A stretch of 64,000 bases of DNA from Gemmatimonadaceae bacterium (GTDB lineage Bacteria > Gemmatimonadota > Gemmatimonadetes > Gemmatimonadales > Gemmatimonadaceae): contig JBBDYC010000008.1 of the NCBI GenBank assembly GCA_040901985.1, positions 48,490-112,489 of the forward strand, in the 5' to 3' direction. Shown in pieces: positions 26,032 through 36,115 of the stretch. The notes beneath the pieces were generated by a model. It was not told the origin of the DNA. It saw only the letters and a list, made by a program, of their open reading frames with translations, and did no database searches. Both the position numbers and the translations under genes were made by a program. Numbering within the stretch: position 1 is the first letter of the stretch; the number at the start of each line of letters is the position of its first letter.

Positions 26032-27318
26032 TTAGGCCGCGAAGAATCTTTGTCGAGCGCTTTCAAGACCCTGGGCGAGGCGCAGAACATCGGCGCTCAT
26101 GCTATAAACCCAAACACTAGCCCGCACCGTAGCCACCACCCCCATCCCCCGCATCAGTGGCTGCGCACAATGATGCCCCGCTCTCACGCATACGCCGGCA
26201 GCATCGAGCGCAGTAGAAACATCATGCGGATGCACCTCCGCCAACGAAAACGAAACCACCCCCGACCGCGCCTCAGCAGTAGCAGTCCCATACAAAGTCA
26301 CCCCAGGCACCTCGCCCAAAGCAGCCATCATCTCCCGAGTAAGCTCCACCTCGTGAGCCCGCACCTTATCCATCCCAAGCGCATCCAAGTACGTACAAGC
26401 AGCCGCCAACCCAACAGCACCAGCCACATTCGGCGTCCCCGCCTCGAACTTATGCGGCAACGCATTCCAAGTCGTCGAGAGATCCGAAACCCACTCAATC
26501 ATATCCCCGCCAAACTGATACGGCGGCATCGCCTCAAGCACAGCGCGCCGAACCACCACGCCACCTGATCCCATCGGCCCACCCATCTTGTGCCCGCTGA
26601 ACGCATACACATCCACACCCAGCGAATCCACCGACACAGCAAGATGCGGCACCGCCTGAGCCCCATCGCAAACAACTAACGCCCCACGCGCACCAGCCCG
26701 CGCGATCGCGACGATCTCCGCAACAGGATTGATCGTCCCAAGCGCATTCGACACGTGCCCAAACGCGACAACCTTCGTGCGTGCGTCAACCAACCGAGCC
26801 ATCATCTCGAGATCAACCCCGCCCGCAGCATCCAACTCGCAGATCCTGAACTCGGCCCCCACGCTCAAAGCCAGCTGCTGCCAAGGCACAAAGTTGGCGT
26901 GATGCTCCATCCGCGTGACCACGATGTTGTCACCCGCGCGGACATTAGCCCGCCCCCAAGCGGTGGCCACGAGATTCAACCCCTCGGTGGTCCCCCGCAC
27001 AAAGATCAGCGTATCAGCATCCGCCACACCCACAAACCGCGCGATCCGCACACGCGCATCGTGATACGCCTGCGTCGCCGCCGCCGACAACGCGTACGCC
27101 CCGCGATGCGGATTGGCGTTCTCTGTCTCGTAGTAGTTCCGAATGGCATCCAACACCACACGCGGCTTCTGCGACGTCGCGGCAGAATCCAAATACACAA
27201 GATCCGGCTGCGCAGCGAGCAACGGAAAATCCGATCGTGGCGCGAGCGACCCCTTCGTCACGCCAGCGCCCGCCGGCCGCTTCGCGCCCCGCGCGACCTT
27301 CACGCCCGTCTTACCCAC
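26032..27318 (-). CDS. sufS: Cysteine desulfurase
   Basis: YLDSAATSQKP, FSGHKM, RAGHHCAQP. Confidence 0.95.
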   Translation of the reverse strand: MGKTGVKVARGAKRPAGAGVTKGSLAPRSDFPLLAAQPDLVYLDSAATSQKPRVVLDAIRNYYETENANPHRGAYALSAAATQAYHDARVRIARFVGVADADTLIFVRGTTEGLNLVATAWGRANVRAGDNIVVTRMEHHANFVPWQQLALSVGAEFRICELDAAGGVDLEMMARLVDARTKVVAFGHVSNALGTINPVAEIVAIARAGARGALVVCDGAQAVPHLAVSVDSLGVDVYAFSGHKMGGPMGSGGVVVRRAVLEAMPPYQFGGDMIEWVSDLSTTWNALPHKFEAGTPNVAGAVGLAAACTYLDALGMDKVRAHEVELTREMMAALGEVPGVTLYGTATAEARSGVVSFSLAEVHPHDVSTALDAAGVCVRAGHHCAQPLMRGMGVVATVRASVWVYSMSADVLRLAQGLESARQRFFAA

Positions 27319-27635
27319 ATCCCCCCCTCGCGCTCCTCGATTTCATAGCGCACCAACGGATCCTCGGCCGGCCCGCGCAACACCTCGCCGGTGACGCACG
27401 AGAACTTGGCCCCGTGCCAGCAGCACTCGAGCTCGCCATTCGCGTACAACGTCCCCTCGGAGAGCGGATACTCCGAGTGCGGACAGGAATCCTTCACCGC
27501 GAAGAGCGCCCCTTGGTGCCGGCCGATGCACAGGCGCGCGCCATTCGCCAGCGTCACCGCCACAAGCGTCCCCTCGTCCACCTGCTCGGGCTTGAGGCCG
27601 CTCACCGGCACGAGCCCGTCCGCCGCTGCCGTCAC
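27300..27635 (-). CDS. Rieske [2Fe-2S] ferredoxin
   Basis: CPH...CCWHGAKF; in suf operon. Confidence 0.85.
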   Translation of the reverse strand: MTAAADGLVPVSGLKPEQVDEGTLVAVTLANGARLCIGRHQGALFAVKDSCPHSEYPLSEGTLYANGELECCWHGAKFSCVTGEVLRGPAEDPLVRYEIEEREGGMWVRRA

Positions 27636-28120
27636 GCGCCACCGCCGCGCGCGTCGGCGTCTTCGGTCGTCGCGACCTTCGTCCCGTCCAGCGCGGCCTT
27701 CATCGCGTGCCAGCTCAGGGACGCGCACTTCACCCGCATCGGGAACTTGCTGACCCCGCTCAGCGCCCGCAGCGCGCCCAGCTCCTTGTCGGTCGCCAAC
27801 GCGGGATCCTCGCCGGTCACCAGTCGGTGCACCTTGTCGAAGACCCGCACGGCCTCGCCGCGCGACTTCCCCTTCACGGCCATCGTCATCAGGCTCGCCG
27901 ACGCCTTGGAGATCGCGCACCCGACGCCTTGGAACGAGATGTCCTCAATCGTGTCGTCGTCCACCTTGAGCCACACGGTGAGCGCGTCGCCACAGTTGGG
28001 ATTCTTCCCCTCCGCGCTGCACGTGGCCCCGGGCATCGGATGATAGTTCCGCGGCCGTCGGTTGTGATCGAGGATCACTTCCTGGTAGAGGGCGTCGAGC
28101 GTAGCGTCTTGCTTGGCCAT
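27632..28120 (-). CDS. sufU: SufU/IscU-type scaffold
   Basis: LYQEVILDH, NPNCGD, GCAISKAS, RVKCA. Confidence 0.95.
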   Translation of the reverse strand: MAKQDATLDALYQEVILDHNRRPRNYHPMPGATCSAEGKNPNCGDALTVWLKVDDDTIEDISFQGVGCAISKASASLMTMAVKGKSRGEAVRVFDKVHRLVTGEDPALATDKELGALRALSGVSKFPMRVKCASLSWHAMKAALDGTKVATTEDADARGGGA

Positions 28121-28124
28121 CGCG

Positions 28125-29435
28125 CTAGACGAGCTGCGAGTGAGTGAACCGCTCAAACACGGCACGCTCCAGGTGGAGCCGCAGTGCGTCAATCTCGATC
28201 GTCTCCAGCGTCTCCGCGGCAAAGGCGTACGTCAACAGCGCGCGCGCGTTGTCACCGCCAATCCCGCGGCTCTTGAGATAGAACAACGCGTCCTCGTCCA
28301 TCCGCCCGATCGTCGCGCCGTGCGTGCACTTCACGTCGTCGGCGAAGATCTCCAGCTGCGGCTTGGTGTCCACCCGCGCCTTCGGCGAAAGCAACAGCGC
28401 CTTGTTGGTCTGCTTGCCGTCGGTCTTCTGGGCAATCGGATCCACGTACACCTTGCCGTTGAACACGCCGTGCGACGAGCCATCGAGAATGCCGGCATAC
28501 AACTCGCGGCTCGCGCAGCCCACCGCGAGATGCTCCACAAAGGTCTGATGGTCGGCGTGCTGCGCGTCGTCGAGGAGATAGAGCCCGTTGAGACGCGCCT
28601 CGCCCCCCTCGCCCGACAGCTTGGTGTAGACGTTGGTCCGCGAGAGCGAGCCGCCCGCCGCGTACGAGAAGGAGTGGTAGATCGAATCGCGCCCCTGCGA
28701 CACCTGCGTGGTCCCCACGTGGAACGCCTCGGCGCATTCCTGCTGCACCTTGTAGTGGTCCACGCGCGCGCCATTGCCCACCACGACCTCGGCGACGCCA
28801 TTCACCAGGTACGAATGCCGCCCGATGCCGACGAAGCTCTCGACGACCATCACCTGCGCGAGCGCCTCGGCAACGACCAACAGCCGCGGATGGAGCGCCG
28901 CGCCCGCCGCCTGGCCGTCCACGAGGTGCAGGATGTGGATTGGCACGTCCACGACCTCGGCCTTCGGCACGCGCAGCACGGTTCCTTCCTGCAGGAAAGC
29001 GGTGTTGAGCGCGGTGAACGCCGCACGGTCAAAGCCGGCGAGCGCGCCGAGGTGCTCCTCCACCCACTCGGGCTCCTCGCGGAGCAGCTCGGAGAGCGGC
29101 GAAAGCTCAACCGCGGCCGGCAACCCGGCGAATGCCGAGAGCGCGGGTTCGAGCTTTCCGTTCACGAACACCAGGCGATGCCACTCGGCGTCCACGAGGT
29201 AGGGCTCGAGGTCGGCGAGCTTGAGCGTGGTCGACGCGGGCTTCACCGCCTTGAACGTCCGCTCGGTGATCGGCGTGACGGAGGTGAAGTGCCAGTCCTC
29301 GTCGCGCGTGGTGGGGAATCCGAGCGCGGTGAAGCGGTCGAACGCCTTGCGCCGGAGCGCGGGAAGCCACGCCGGCCCCTGCGCCCCGCCATTCGCCACG
29401 AAGTCGGTGAACTGGTCGGCGTACGGCGTCGTCAC
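28125..29435 (-). CDS. sufD: Fe-S assembly protein SufD
   Basis: KPQLEIFADDVKCTHGATIG...FYLKSRG. Confidence 0.95.
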   Translation of the reverse strand: MTTPYADQFTDFVANGGAQGPAWLPALRRKAFDRFTALGFPTTRDEDWHFTSVTPITERTFKAVKPASTTLKLADLEPYLVDAEWHRLVFVNGKLEPALSAFAGLPAAVELSPLSELLREEPEWVEEHLGALAGFDRAAFTALNTAFLQEGTVLRVPKAEVVDVPIHILHLVDGQAAGAALHPRLLVVAEALAQVMVVESFVGIGRHSYLVNGVAEVVVGNGARVDHYKVQQECAEAFHVGTTQVSQGRDSIYHSFSYAAGGSLSRTNVYTKLSGEGGEARLNGLYLLDDAQHADHQTFVEHLAVGCASRELYAGILDGSSHGVFNGKVYVDPIAQKTDGKQTNKALLLSPKARVDTKPQLEIFADDVKCTHGATIGRMDEDALFYLKSRGIGGDNARALLTYAFAAETLETIEIDALRLHLERAVFERFTHSQLV

Positions 29436-29437
29436 GG

Positions 29438-30190
29438 TCAGGCGCCCACGGGCTCGAGGAGCCAGTCGTACCCCTTCGCTTCCAGCTCGAGCGCCAGCTC
29501 CTTCCCGCCCGAGCGCACGATCCGTCCGCCGGCCAACACGTGCACCTGGTCGGGCACGATGTAGTTGAGCAGCCGCTGATAATGCGTGACGATGATCGTC
29601 GCCTTGTCAGGGCGCCTGAGGGAGTTCACCCCCGCCGCCACGATCCGCAGCGCGTCAATGTCGAGGCCGGAGTCGGTCTCGTCGAGCACGGCAAGCTTGG
29701 GCGCCAGCACGGCCATCTGGAGGATTTCGTTCCGCTTCTTCTCGCCGCCGGAAAACCCCGCGTTCACGGAGCGCTGCATCATCGCGGTGTCCATCTCGAC
29801 GAGCTTGAGCTTCTCCTCCATGATGTCGAGGAACTCGATGGGGTCCACCTCTTCCTCGCCGCGCGACTTGCGAATCTCGTTATACGCCGCGCGAAGGAAG
29901 TACGCGTTGGTCACGCCGGGGATCTCCACCGGATACTGGAACGCCAGGAACACGCCCTTCTGCGCGCGCTCCTCGGCGTCCATCTCGAGGAGGTCGTCGC
30001 CCTCGTACGAGATGCTTCCGCTGGTCACTTCGTAGCCGGGATGACCCGCGATGACCTGGGCGAGCGTGGACTTGCCGGAGCCGTTCGGGCCCATAATTGC
30101 GTGGACTTCGCCCGCCTTGACTTCGAGCGAGACGCCCTTGAGGATCTCCTTGTCGCCGGCAGTGGCGTGCAGGTTCTTGATGCTCAGCAT
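29438..30190 (-). CDS. sufC: Fe-S assembly ATPase SufC
   Basis: GPNGSGKST, FSGGEKKRNE, LDETDSGLDIDAL. Confidence 0.97.
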   Translation of the reverse strand: MLSIKNLHATAGDKEILKGVSLEVKAGEVHAIMGPNGSGKSTLAQVIAGHPGYEVTSGSISYEGDDLLEMDAEERAQKGVFLAFQYPVEIPGVTNAYFLRAAYNEIRKSRGEEEVDPIEFLDIMEEKLKLVEMDTAMMQRSVNAGFSGGEKKRNEILQMAVLAPKLAVLDETDSGLDIDALRIVAAGVNSLRRPDKATIIVTHYQRLLNYIVPDQVHVLAGGRIVRSGGKELALELEAKGYDWLLEPVGA

Positions 30191-30251
30191 TGCTCGTGTT
30201 GTTGTCGGGTGGTCGAACTCGGTGCGTGTCGGTCGGCGTGTCCTTCGCTAC

Positions 30252-31685
30252 TCAGCCGACGGAGCCCTCGAGCGAGATGCCCAGCAGTTGCTGGGCCTCC
30301 AGCGCGAATTCCATTGGGAGCTCCTTGAAGACTTCCTTGCAGAAGCCCGCGACGATCAGACTGATGGCGTGCTCGGCGTTCAGACCTCGCGACTTGCAGT
30401 AGAAGATCTGGTCTTCGCCGATCTTCGAAGTTGACGCCTCGTGCTCGAGCGTGGCCGTCGGGTTCGCGACCTCGATGTACGGGAACGTGTGTGCGCCGCA
30501 GGCGTTGCCGATCAGCATCGAGTCGCACTGCGTGTAATTCCTGGCGCCAGACGCCTTTGGCAGGATCTGCACCTTGCCGCGGTACGAGTTCTGACCCTTC
30601 CCGGCGCTGATGCCCTTTGAGATGATCGTGGACTTCGTGTTCTTGCCGATGTGAATCATCTTCGTTCCGGTGTCGGCCTGCTGGTGGTTGTTGACCACCG
30701 CCACGGAGTAGAACTCGCCGACGCTGTCGTCGCCCTGCAGGATCACGCTGGGATACTTCCACGTGATGGCACTGCCCGTCTCGACCTGCGTCCACGAGAT
30801 CTTCGACCTGGTGAACGCCTTGCCGCGCTTGGTCACGAAGTTGTAGATGCCACCGACGCCCTCGGCGTCGCCGGCGTACCAGTTCTGGACGGTGGAGTAC
30901 TTCACGGTCGCGTTGTCCAGCGCCACGATCTCGACCACCGCGGCGTGCAGCTGGTGGGTGTCGCGCTTGGGGGCGGTGCAGCCCTCGAGGTAGCTCACGC
31001 TCGCGCCCTCGTCGGCGACGATCAGCGTGCGCTCGAACTGGCCGGTGTCGGCCGCGTTGATGCGGAAGTACGTCGAGAGCTCGAGCGGGCACTTCACGCC
31101 CTTCGGCACATACACAAACGAGCCGTCGGAGAAGACGGCGGAGTTGAGTGCCGCAAAGAAATTGTCCGAGTACGGCACCACCGAGCCCAGGTACTTCTGC
31201 ACGAGCTCGGGATGCTCGCGCACGGCCTCGCCGAACGAGCAGAACACGACGCCCACCTTCTGCAGCTCGGCCTTCATCGTCGTGCCCACGGACACGGAGT
31301 CGAAGATCGCGTCCACGGCGACGCCGCTCAGGCGCTTCTGCTCGGTGAGCGAGATGCCGAGCTTTTCGTACGTCCTGAGCAGCTCCGGGTCCACCTCGGC
31401 GAGCGATTGCAGCGGCTTCACGCTCTTGGGCGCCGAATAGTAGGTCTGCGCCTGGTAGTTGATCGGCGGATACTTGACGTTCGACCAATGCGGCTCGGTC
31501 ATCGTCTGCCAGCGCTTGAACGCCTTGAGCCGCCAGTCGAGCAGCCACGCCGGCTCGTCCTTCTTGGCCGAGATGAGGCGGACGGTCTCCTCGGTCAGCC
31601 CGCGCGGGATGGTGTCCGACTCGATGTCGGAGACGAACCCGTACGCGTACTCCCTATTGACCAGTGCTTCGATTGATGCGGACAT
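30252..31685 (-). CDS. sufB: Fe-S assembly protein SufB
   Basis: [33 protein letters not shown]. Confidence 0.97.
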   Translation of the reverse strand: MSASIEALVNREYAYGFVSDIESDTIPRGLTEETVRLISAKKDEPAWLLDWRLKAFKRWQTMTEPHWSNVKYPPINYQAQTYYSAPKSVKPLQSLAEVDPELLRTYEKLGISLTEQKRLSGVAVDAIFDSVSVGTTMKAELQKVGVVFCSFGEAVREHPELVQKYLGSVVPYSDNFFAALNSAVFSDGSFVYVPKGVKCPLELSTYFRINAADTGQFERTLIVADEGASVSYLEGCTAPKRDTHQLHAAVVEIVALDNATVKYSTVQNWYAGDAEGVGGIYNFVTKRGKAFTRSKISWTQVETGSAITWKYPSVILQGDDSVGEFYSVAVVNNHQQADTGTKMIHIGKNTKSTIISKGISAGKGQNSYRGKVQILPKASGARNYTQCDSMLIGNACGAHTFPYIEVANPTATLEHEASTSKIGEDQIFYCKSRGLNAEHAISLIVAGFCKEVFKELPMEFALEAQQLLGISLEGSVG

Positions 31686-31792
31686 AGGTATTTCGGCCCT
31701 TCAGCAACCCTTGGGGAGGCAACATCTAATATGGATAAAAATACTCGGGTATAGCCCCCCGGTCAACGAATCCGGGGTTCCACCGAGTCGTT

Positions 31793-32989
31793 TCAGACCC
31801 CCAAGCCCGGCTCGAACGCCCCGAAAACCTCGTTCCGGTCCCGGCCGAGCGCCTTGGCCCGGTACATCGCCTTGTCGGCGTGGTCAATCGCCGTCTTGAT
31901 GGTGTCGCCCTCCCGCATCAGGGCGATCCCGCCGCTCCCGGTCACCCGGAGCTCGGTGCCGTTGGGGAGGACGAACGGCTTCTCGCCGAGGGCGCGGCGG
32001 ACCCGCTCGAGTGCCATCAGCGCCTGGGCCGGCGTGGTGTCGGTGAGGAGCACCACGAACTCCTCACCCCCGAACCGCCCGACGATCTGCTCGTCGCGGA
32101 GCGTCTCGACGATCCGGTCGGCCACCCCACGCAGGACGTGGTCGCCGGTGGCGTGGCCGTAGGTGTCGTTGACGAGCTTGAAGTTGTCGAGATCCACCAC
32201 CGCCACCGAGATGGGATTGCCACGGCGGCGGCTCCCGGCAATCAGCGGCTCAGCGTCGTCAAAGAAGGCGCGGCGGTTCTTGAGGCCGGTCAGCTCGTCC
32301 ACCATCGCGAGGTCGGACATCTGCGAGAGCATTGCCTCGAGCCGGAGCGCGCTCCCCTTGGACTCGGCCAGCGCGATGTCGCGCTGCACGAGCACGCGCA
32401 CGTTCTCGACGAACTGCCGCCAACTCGACTTGGTGAAGAGCAGCGCGCAGAGGATGAAGACGGCGATCGCCGACGGGAGGATGGGCTGGTGCGCCGCGTC
32501 GTAGCGCACCGCCTGCACCAGCAGGGTGCTCATGAACGGGAGAAAGAACGCCATTGACGCCACCGGCGACGACGAGAAGAAGGCGACGGAGCCCGCGCAG
32601 AGTCCAGCGAGGAGCATCACGAGGGTGGCGCGCTCGTCGGGGCCGCCGAGCGGGAAGAGGACCAACGCCATGGCGGCCCAGAGGAGGCCGTTGACCAGCG
32701 AGTAGGCGAGCGCCCGACGCTCGTTGTTGACGCTCACGTCGGCCGGCCGTGGCCGGCGGCGCAGTCGCCACCAGCTCAGCGCCGGCGGCGTCCAGAGTGC
32801 GACCATCACCGCGGTGAATCCGGCCAGCACCGCGCTCTCGATCCTCCCCCAGTAGGCAATCGCAAGCAGGCCCGCGAGCAGGGGGTTGGCGACAAAGACG
32901 GCGGGAAGCTGCCGAACCCGGTTCACCGCCTGGGAGACGCGGACCGCCTGCCGCAGGGCCTCGGAGTCGTCGGTGATCGGCAGCTGCAT
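31793..32989 (-). CDS. Membrane-bound diguanylate cyclase
   Basis: Several TM helices, then DELTGLKNRR, RFGGEEF. Confidence 0.9.
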   Translation of the reverse strand: MQLPITDDSEALRQAVRVSQAVNRVRQLPAVFVANPLLAGLLAIAYWGRIESAVLAGFTAVMVALWTPPALSWWRLRRRPRPADVSVNNERRALAYSLVNGLLWAAMALVLFPLGGPDERATLVMLLAGLCAGSVAFFSSSPVASMAFFLPFMSTLLVQAVRYDAAHQPILPSAIAVFILCALLFTKSSWRQFVENVRVLVQRDIALAESKGSALRLEAMLSQMSDLAMVDELTGLKNRRAFFDDAEPLIAGSRRRGNPISVAVVDLDNFKLVNDTYGHATGDHVLRGVADRIVETLRDEQIVGRFGGEEFVVLLTDTTPAQALMALERVRRALGEKPFVLPNGTELRVTGSGGIALMREGDTIKTAIDHADKAMYRAKALGRDRNEVFGAFEPGLGV

Positions 32990-33092
32990 CCAACACGATA
33001 TTGCGCGGGGCCCCAATGGGCCAGACTTTGGGGGTGGTCTCGCCTGTCCCACTTGCAGGATCCTGCAGGATCCCCGATCAGCCGGAGGTCAG

Positions 33093-33650
33093 ATGGAGTT
33101 CATCACCGAGCTTTGGAAGCCGATACTCCTCAGCGGTCTCGCCGTCTTCGTCCTTTCTGCGCTCGCCTGGACGGTGATGCCGCACCACCAGAAGGAGTAC
33201 GCCCGCCTCGCCAACGAGGACGCCGTGGCCGACGCCCTCCGCGCGGGGAATGTGCAACCTGGGCTCTACTCAGTTCCCCACGCCGCCGACTTCAAGGCGC
33301 TGGGAACCCCCGAGATGGTCGCCAAGATGCAACGTGGGCCGGTTGCCTACATCACGGTCGTACCGCCGGGCGTCACCCCAATGGGCCCGACGATGGTGAA
33401 GAGCCTGATCTCGAACCTCGTGGTCTCGGTCTTCGTCGGCTACGTGGCCTATCACGCCCTCCCGGCGGGCACGGAGTACCTCGCCGTATTCCGTGTCGTC
33501 GGCACCGTCGGCTTCATGGCCTACGCGCTCGGCGGAATGGCCGACTCGATCTGGTTCGGCAAGCCGTGGAAGAGCTGGATGCTCCACGCGATGGATAGCC
33601 TGGTCTACGGTCTGGCTATGGGTGGCGTGTTCGGGTGGCTGTGGGTCTGA
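33093..33650 (+). CDS. Conserved hypothetical membrane protein
   Basis: GGAGG RBS; four hydrophobic segments. Confidence 0.75.
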   Translation: MEFITELWKPILLSGLAVFVLSALAWTVMPHHQKEYARLANEDAVADALRAGNVQPGLYSVPHAADFKALGTPEMVAKMQRGPVAYITVVPPGVTPMGPTMVKSLISNLVVSVFVGYVAYHALPAGTEYLAVFRVVGTVGFMAYALGGMADSIWFGKPWKSWMLHAMDSLVYGLAMGGVFGWLWV

Positions 33651-33673
33651 TTCAACTCTCACCTGTAGTTCGA

Positions 33674-34702
33674 TTACATCGCCGGTTGTGCCCGTGACAC
33701 CTCGGCCCGCCCGATCATCCCCTGATCGGTGCCGAACCACAGCAGTCCGCTGTTCTTGTCGAAGTACATATGGCGGATGGTGTTGTTGCCCTCGCGGCCG
33801 ACGAGGGTGCGGCCGAAGAACTGCTTGGTCTTGGGGTCGTAGCCCCAGAGGACCGCGCCGCTGCGGCCGCTCTCGGCCATCCAGAGGCGGTCGCGGTCGT
33901 CGGCGGCCATCCCGTAGGGGAGCGACGCAGGGCCGCCGGGCATCGGGAACTCCTCCACCGCGCCGCCGGTCCGCGGATCGTAGCGGCCGAGGAATCCGCG
34001 CGAGTAGTCCACGTACCAGACGACGTCATCGCTCGTGATCGCGATCCGGCGGCCACGCGCACGCTCGTGCGGCAGGTCCACCGTGCTGAGCTGCATCGTC
34101 GCCGGATCCACGGTGCCGAGCTTGTTGGTGGCGAAGAGATTGAACCACGGCACGCCGCGAGAGTTGATCGCGATTCCGTAGGGCCCCGAGCCGGCACCCG
34201 TCGGGATCAGGGTGATCTTCCCGGTGCGCACGTCGAGGTGCCCAACGTGATGGGAGCGCTGCGCGCTGAACCAGATGTTCCCCTTCTGGTCGAAGACCAT
34301 TGAGTGCGGGTCGCGCACGGCCGGGTCGGGCATCGGGTAGCGGGTGATCACGCCGGTGGCGGGGTCGAGACGGCCGATCATCGCGTTGCGATTTCCGGCG
34401 TACCAGACCTGACCCCGCGGGTCAATGATCAGGGTGTGCGGATGGGTGCCGCTGTCAATCTCAAAGCGGGTGAAGTCGCCGCTGCGCGGGTCGAGCCGGC
34501 CGATATAGTTGCCGGCCTGGCCGACGAACCAGACGCGGCCGTCCGGCGCCACGTACGGGTCACGCGGCCGGCCACCGTACGGCACTTCCCATTCCGTGAA
34601 CGCCGTCTGCGCGGGCTGCTGGGCGGCGGCGGGGTTCGCGATCACGCCAAGGGCGACCGCGAGCGCGGCGACGAAAATCGCTGCGCGGACTGGATTGTGC
34701 AT
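33674..34702 (-). CDS. Exported Vgb (virginiamycin B lyase)-like beta-propeller
   Basis: Signal peptide; repeated P-x-x-[LI]-x-x-D-x-x-G-x-VW blades. Confidence 0.8.
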   Translation of the reverse strand: MHNPVRAAIFVAALAVALGVIANPAAAQQPAQTAFTEWEVPYGGRPRDPYVAPDGRVWFVGQAGNYIGRLDPRSGDFTRFEIDSGTHPHTLIIDPRGQVWYAGNRNAMIGRLDPATGVITRYPMPDPAVRDPHSMVFDQKGNIWFSAQRSHHVGHLDVRTGKITLIPTGAGSGPYGIAINSRGVPWFNLFATNKLGTVDPATMQLSTVDLPHERARGRRIAITSDDVVWYVDYSRGFLGRYDPRTGGAVEEFPMPGGPASLPYGMAADDRDRLWMAESGRSGAVLWGYDPKTKQFFGRTLVGREGNNTIRHMYFDKNSGLLWFGTDQGMIGRAEVSRAQPAM

Positions 34703-34838
34703 AGGGGACCTCGCTGTCCGGGGGGTTACAATATGGCCTCTAATTGCCGCGGCGCCCGCTGGACGCCCGACCTCCCAGGGTACGCGCGACGGGCCCCGGA
34801 TGTTCAGCCCGGGGCCCGCTGGCGCTCATTTCACCTTG

Positions 34839-35981
34839 TCAGCGTCCCGTGCCGAAGTTCAGGATCGGCAGCACCCGCATACCCCGCGGGTTATCGCGCA
34901 CGATGTTGACCACGCCGATCTGCATTCCGCGGAGCGATTCGGCGTAGTTCACGAGGCCGAGCGTCAGGCCGTGCTGGGAGCCGCGGACGGCGTTGACCGA
35001 TGAGGCGGAGATGCCGGTGAGCCGTCCGCCGACCTCGGTCCGGAAGAGGATCGGGGCAAAGACGACGCCGCGCGTCGTCTCGGCGCCGACGAGGGCCGCT
35101 GCCGCGCCGCCGGAAAGGCGCGGCGTGCCGATTCCGACGCCGGCGAGGGTGATGCCGTGGATCCTCCCGCCGGCGCCGACGCCGATTCCGGCAATCGTGA
35201 GGCCCGTGAGCCGGCCGCCAGCGCCCACGCCGATGCCGCCCACCGAGATTCCCGTCACCGAGCCGCCGCTCCCGACTCCGACCCCGCCGACCATCAGGCC
35301 CTTGGCGCTTCCGCCGGCCCCGACGCCGATCCCGCCGAGGGCGATCCCCCGGAGCGATCCGCCGGCCGCCGCGCCAACGCCGCCCACCATCAGGCCCTGC
35401 ACGTTCCCGCCGGCGCCGACGCCGATCCCGCCAATTGCCGCGCCGGTGATGTCGCCGCCCGCGCCGGCGCCGACCCCGCCAACGAGGATGCCCTTGGCGC
35501 TCCCGCCAGCCCCCACGCCGATCCCGCCCGCCATCAGGCCGCTCACCTCGCCGCCGGCGCCCACGCCGATCCCGCCGATGGCCGCACCACGCATCCGGCC
35601 GCCCGCCCCTGCGCCAATCCCGCCGAGCATAATCCCGTTGAGTTCATCCGAGGCGCCGACGCCAAAGATCCCGACGCCGATGCCGCTGATCTCCTCTGCG
35701 CCAGTCATCGGCAGGCCCAATGCGAGCCCCTTCACCGTACCGCCGAAGTCGTCGTCGTACGGGCTCCAGATCGTGGCGTTTACGCCGCGGACCAGCTCGA
35801 GGTCAATGTCGCGGTAGTTCAGGCGGATGCCGTCCACGCGCGGGTAGTTGCCGATCGAGATGATGTAGCGGACCGGGGCGCCGCGGTCTTGCGCTCCGAG
35901 TGCGGGACCGCCGAGTGCGGGCGCGAGAAGGGCGGCGGCAACGAGGCCGACGAAGGCGGCCGAGAGGTGTGCGGGGCGCAT
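34839..35981 (-). CDS. Exported Gly-rich 15-aa repeat protein (LA_2272-like)
   Basis: Repeats of G[LIA]xxGGIGVGAGGxxx; C-terminal GxQIGVVN...LPILNF. Confidence 0.75.
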   Translation of the reverse strand: MRPAHLSAAFVGLVAAALLAPALGGPALGAQDRGAPVRYIISIGNYPRVDGIRLNYRDIDLELVRGVNATIWSPYDDDFGGTVKGLALGLPMTGAEEISGIGVGIFGVGASDELNGIMLGGIGAGAGGRMRGAAIGGIGVGAGGEVSGLMAGGIGVGAGGSAKGILVGGVGAGAGGDITGAAIGGIGVGAGGNVQGLMVGGVGAAAGGSLRGIALGGIGVGAGGSAKGLMVGGVGVGSGGSVTGISVGGIGVGAGGRLTGLTIAGIGVGAGGRIHGITLAGVGIGTPRLSGGAAAALVGAETTRGVVFAPILFRTEVGGRLTGISASSVNAVRGSQHGLTLGLVNYAESLRGMQIGVVNIVRDNPRGMRVLPILNFGTGR

Positions 35982-36115
35982 AGGGACGGTGGGTCGGGAG
36001 TGGGTACGCGTACGGTCCGACGTACGGCCCGACCTACGGCGACCGACTCAGCGGGTTTCGGGTCGCCAGGCCCGGCCAACGTTCGACCGGGGTGCCGCCC
36101 GGAGGGTTTGAACCC

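Larger units (their letters stand above)
12977..26037 (-). mobile_element. Integron cassette array lacking a nearby integrase (CALIN-like)
   Basis: Co-oriented unrelated ORFs separated by homologous RYYYAAC...GTTRRRY palindromes; distal boundary uncertain. Confidence 0.85.
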
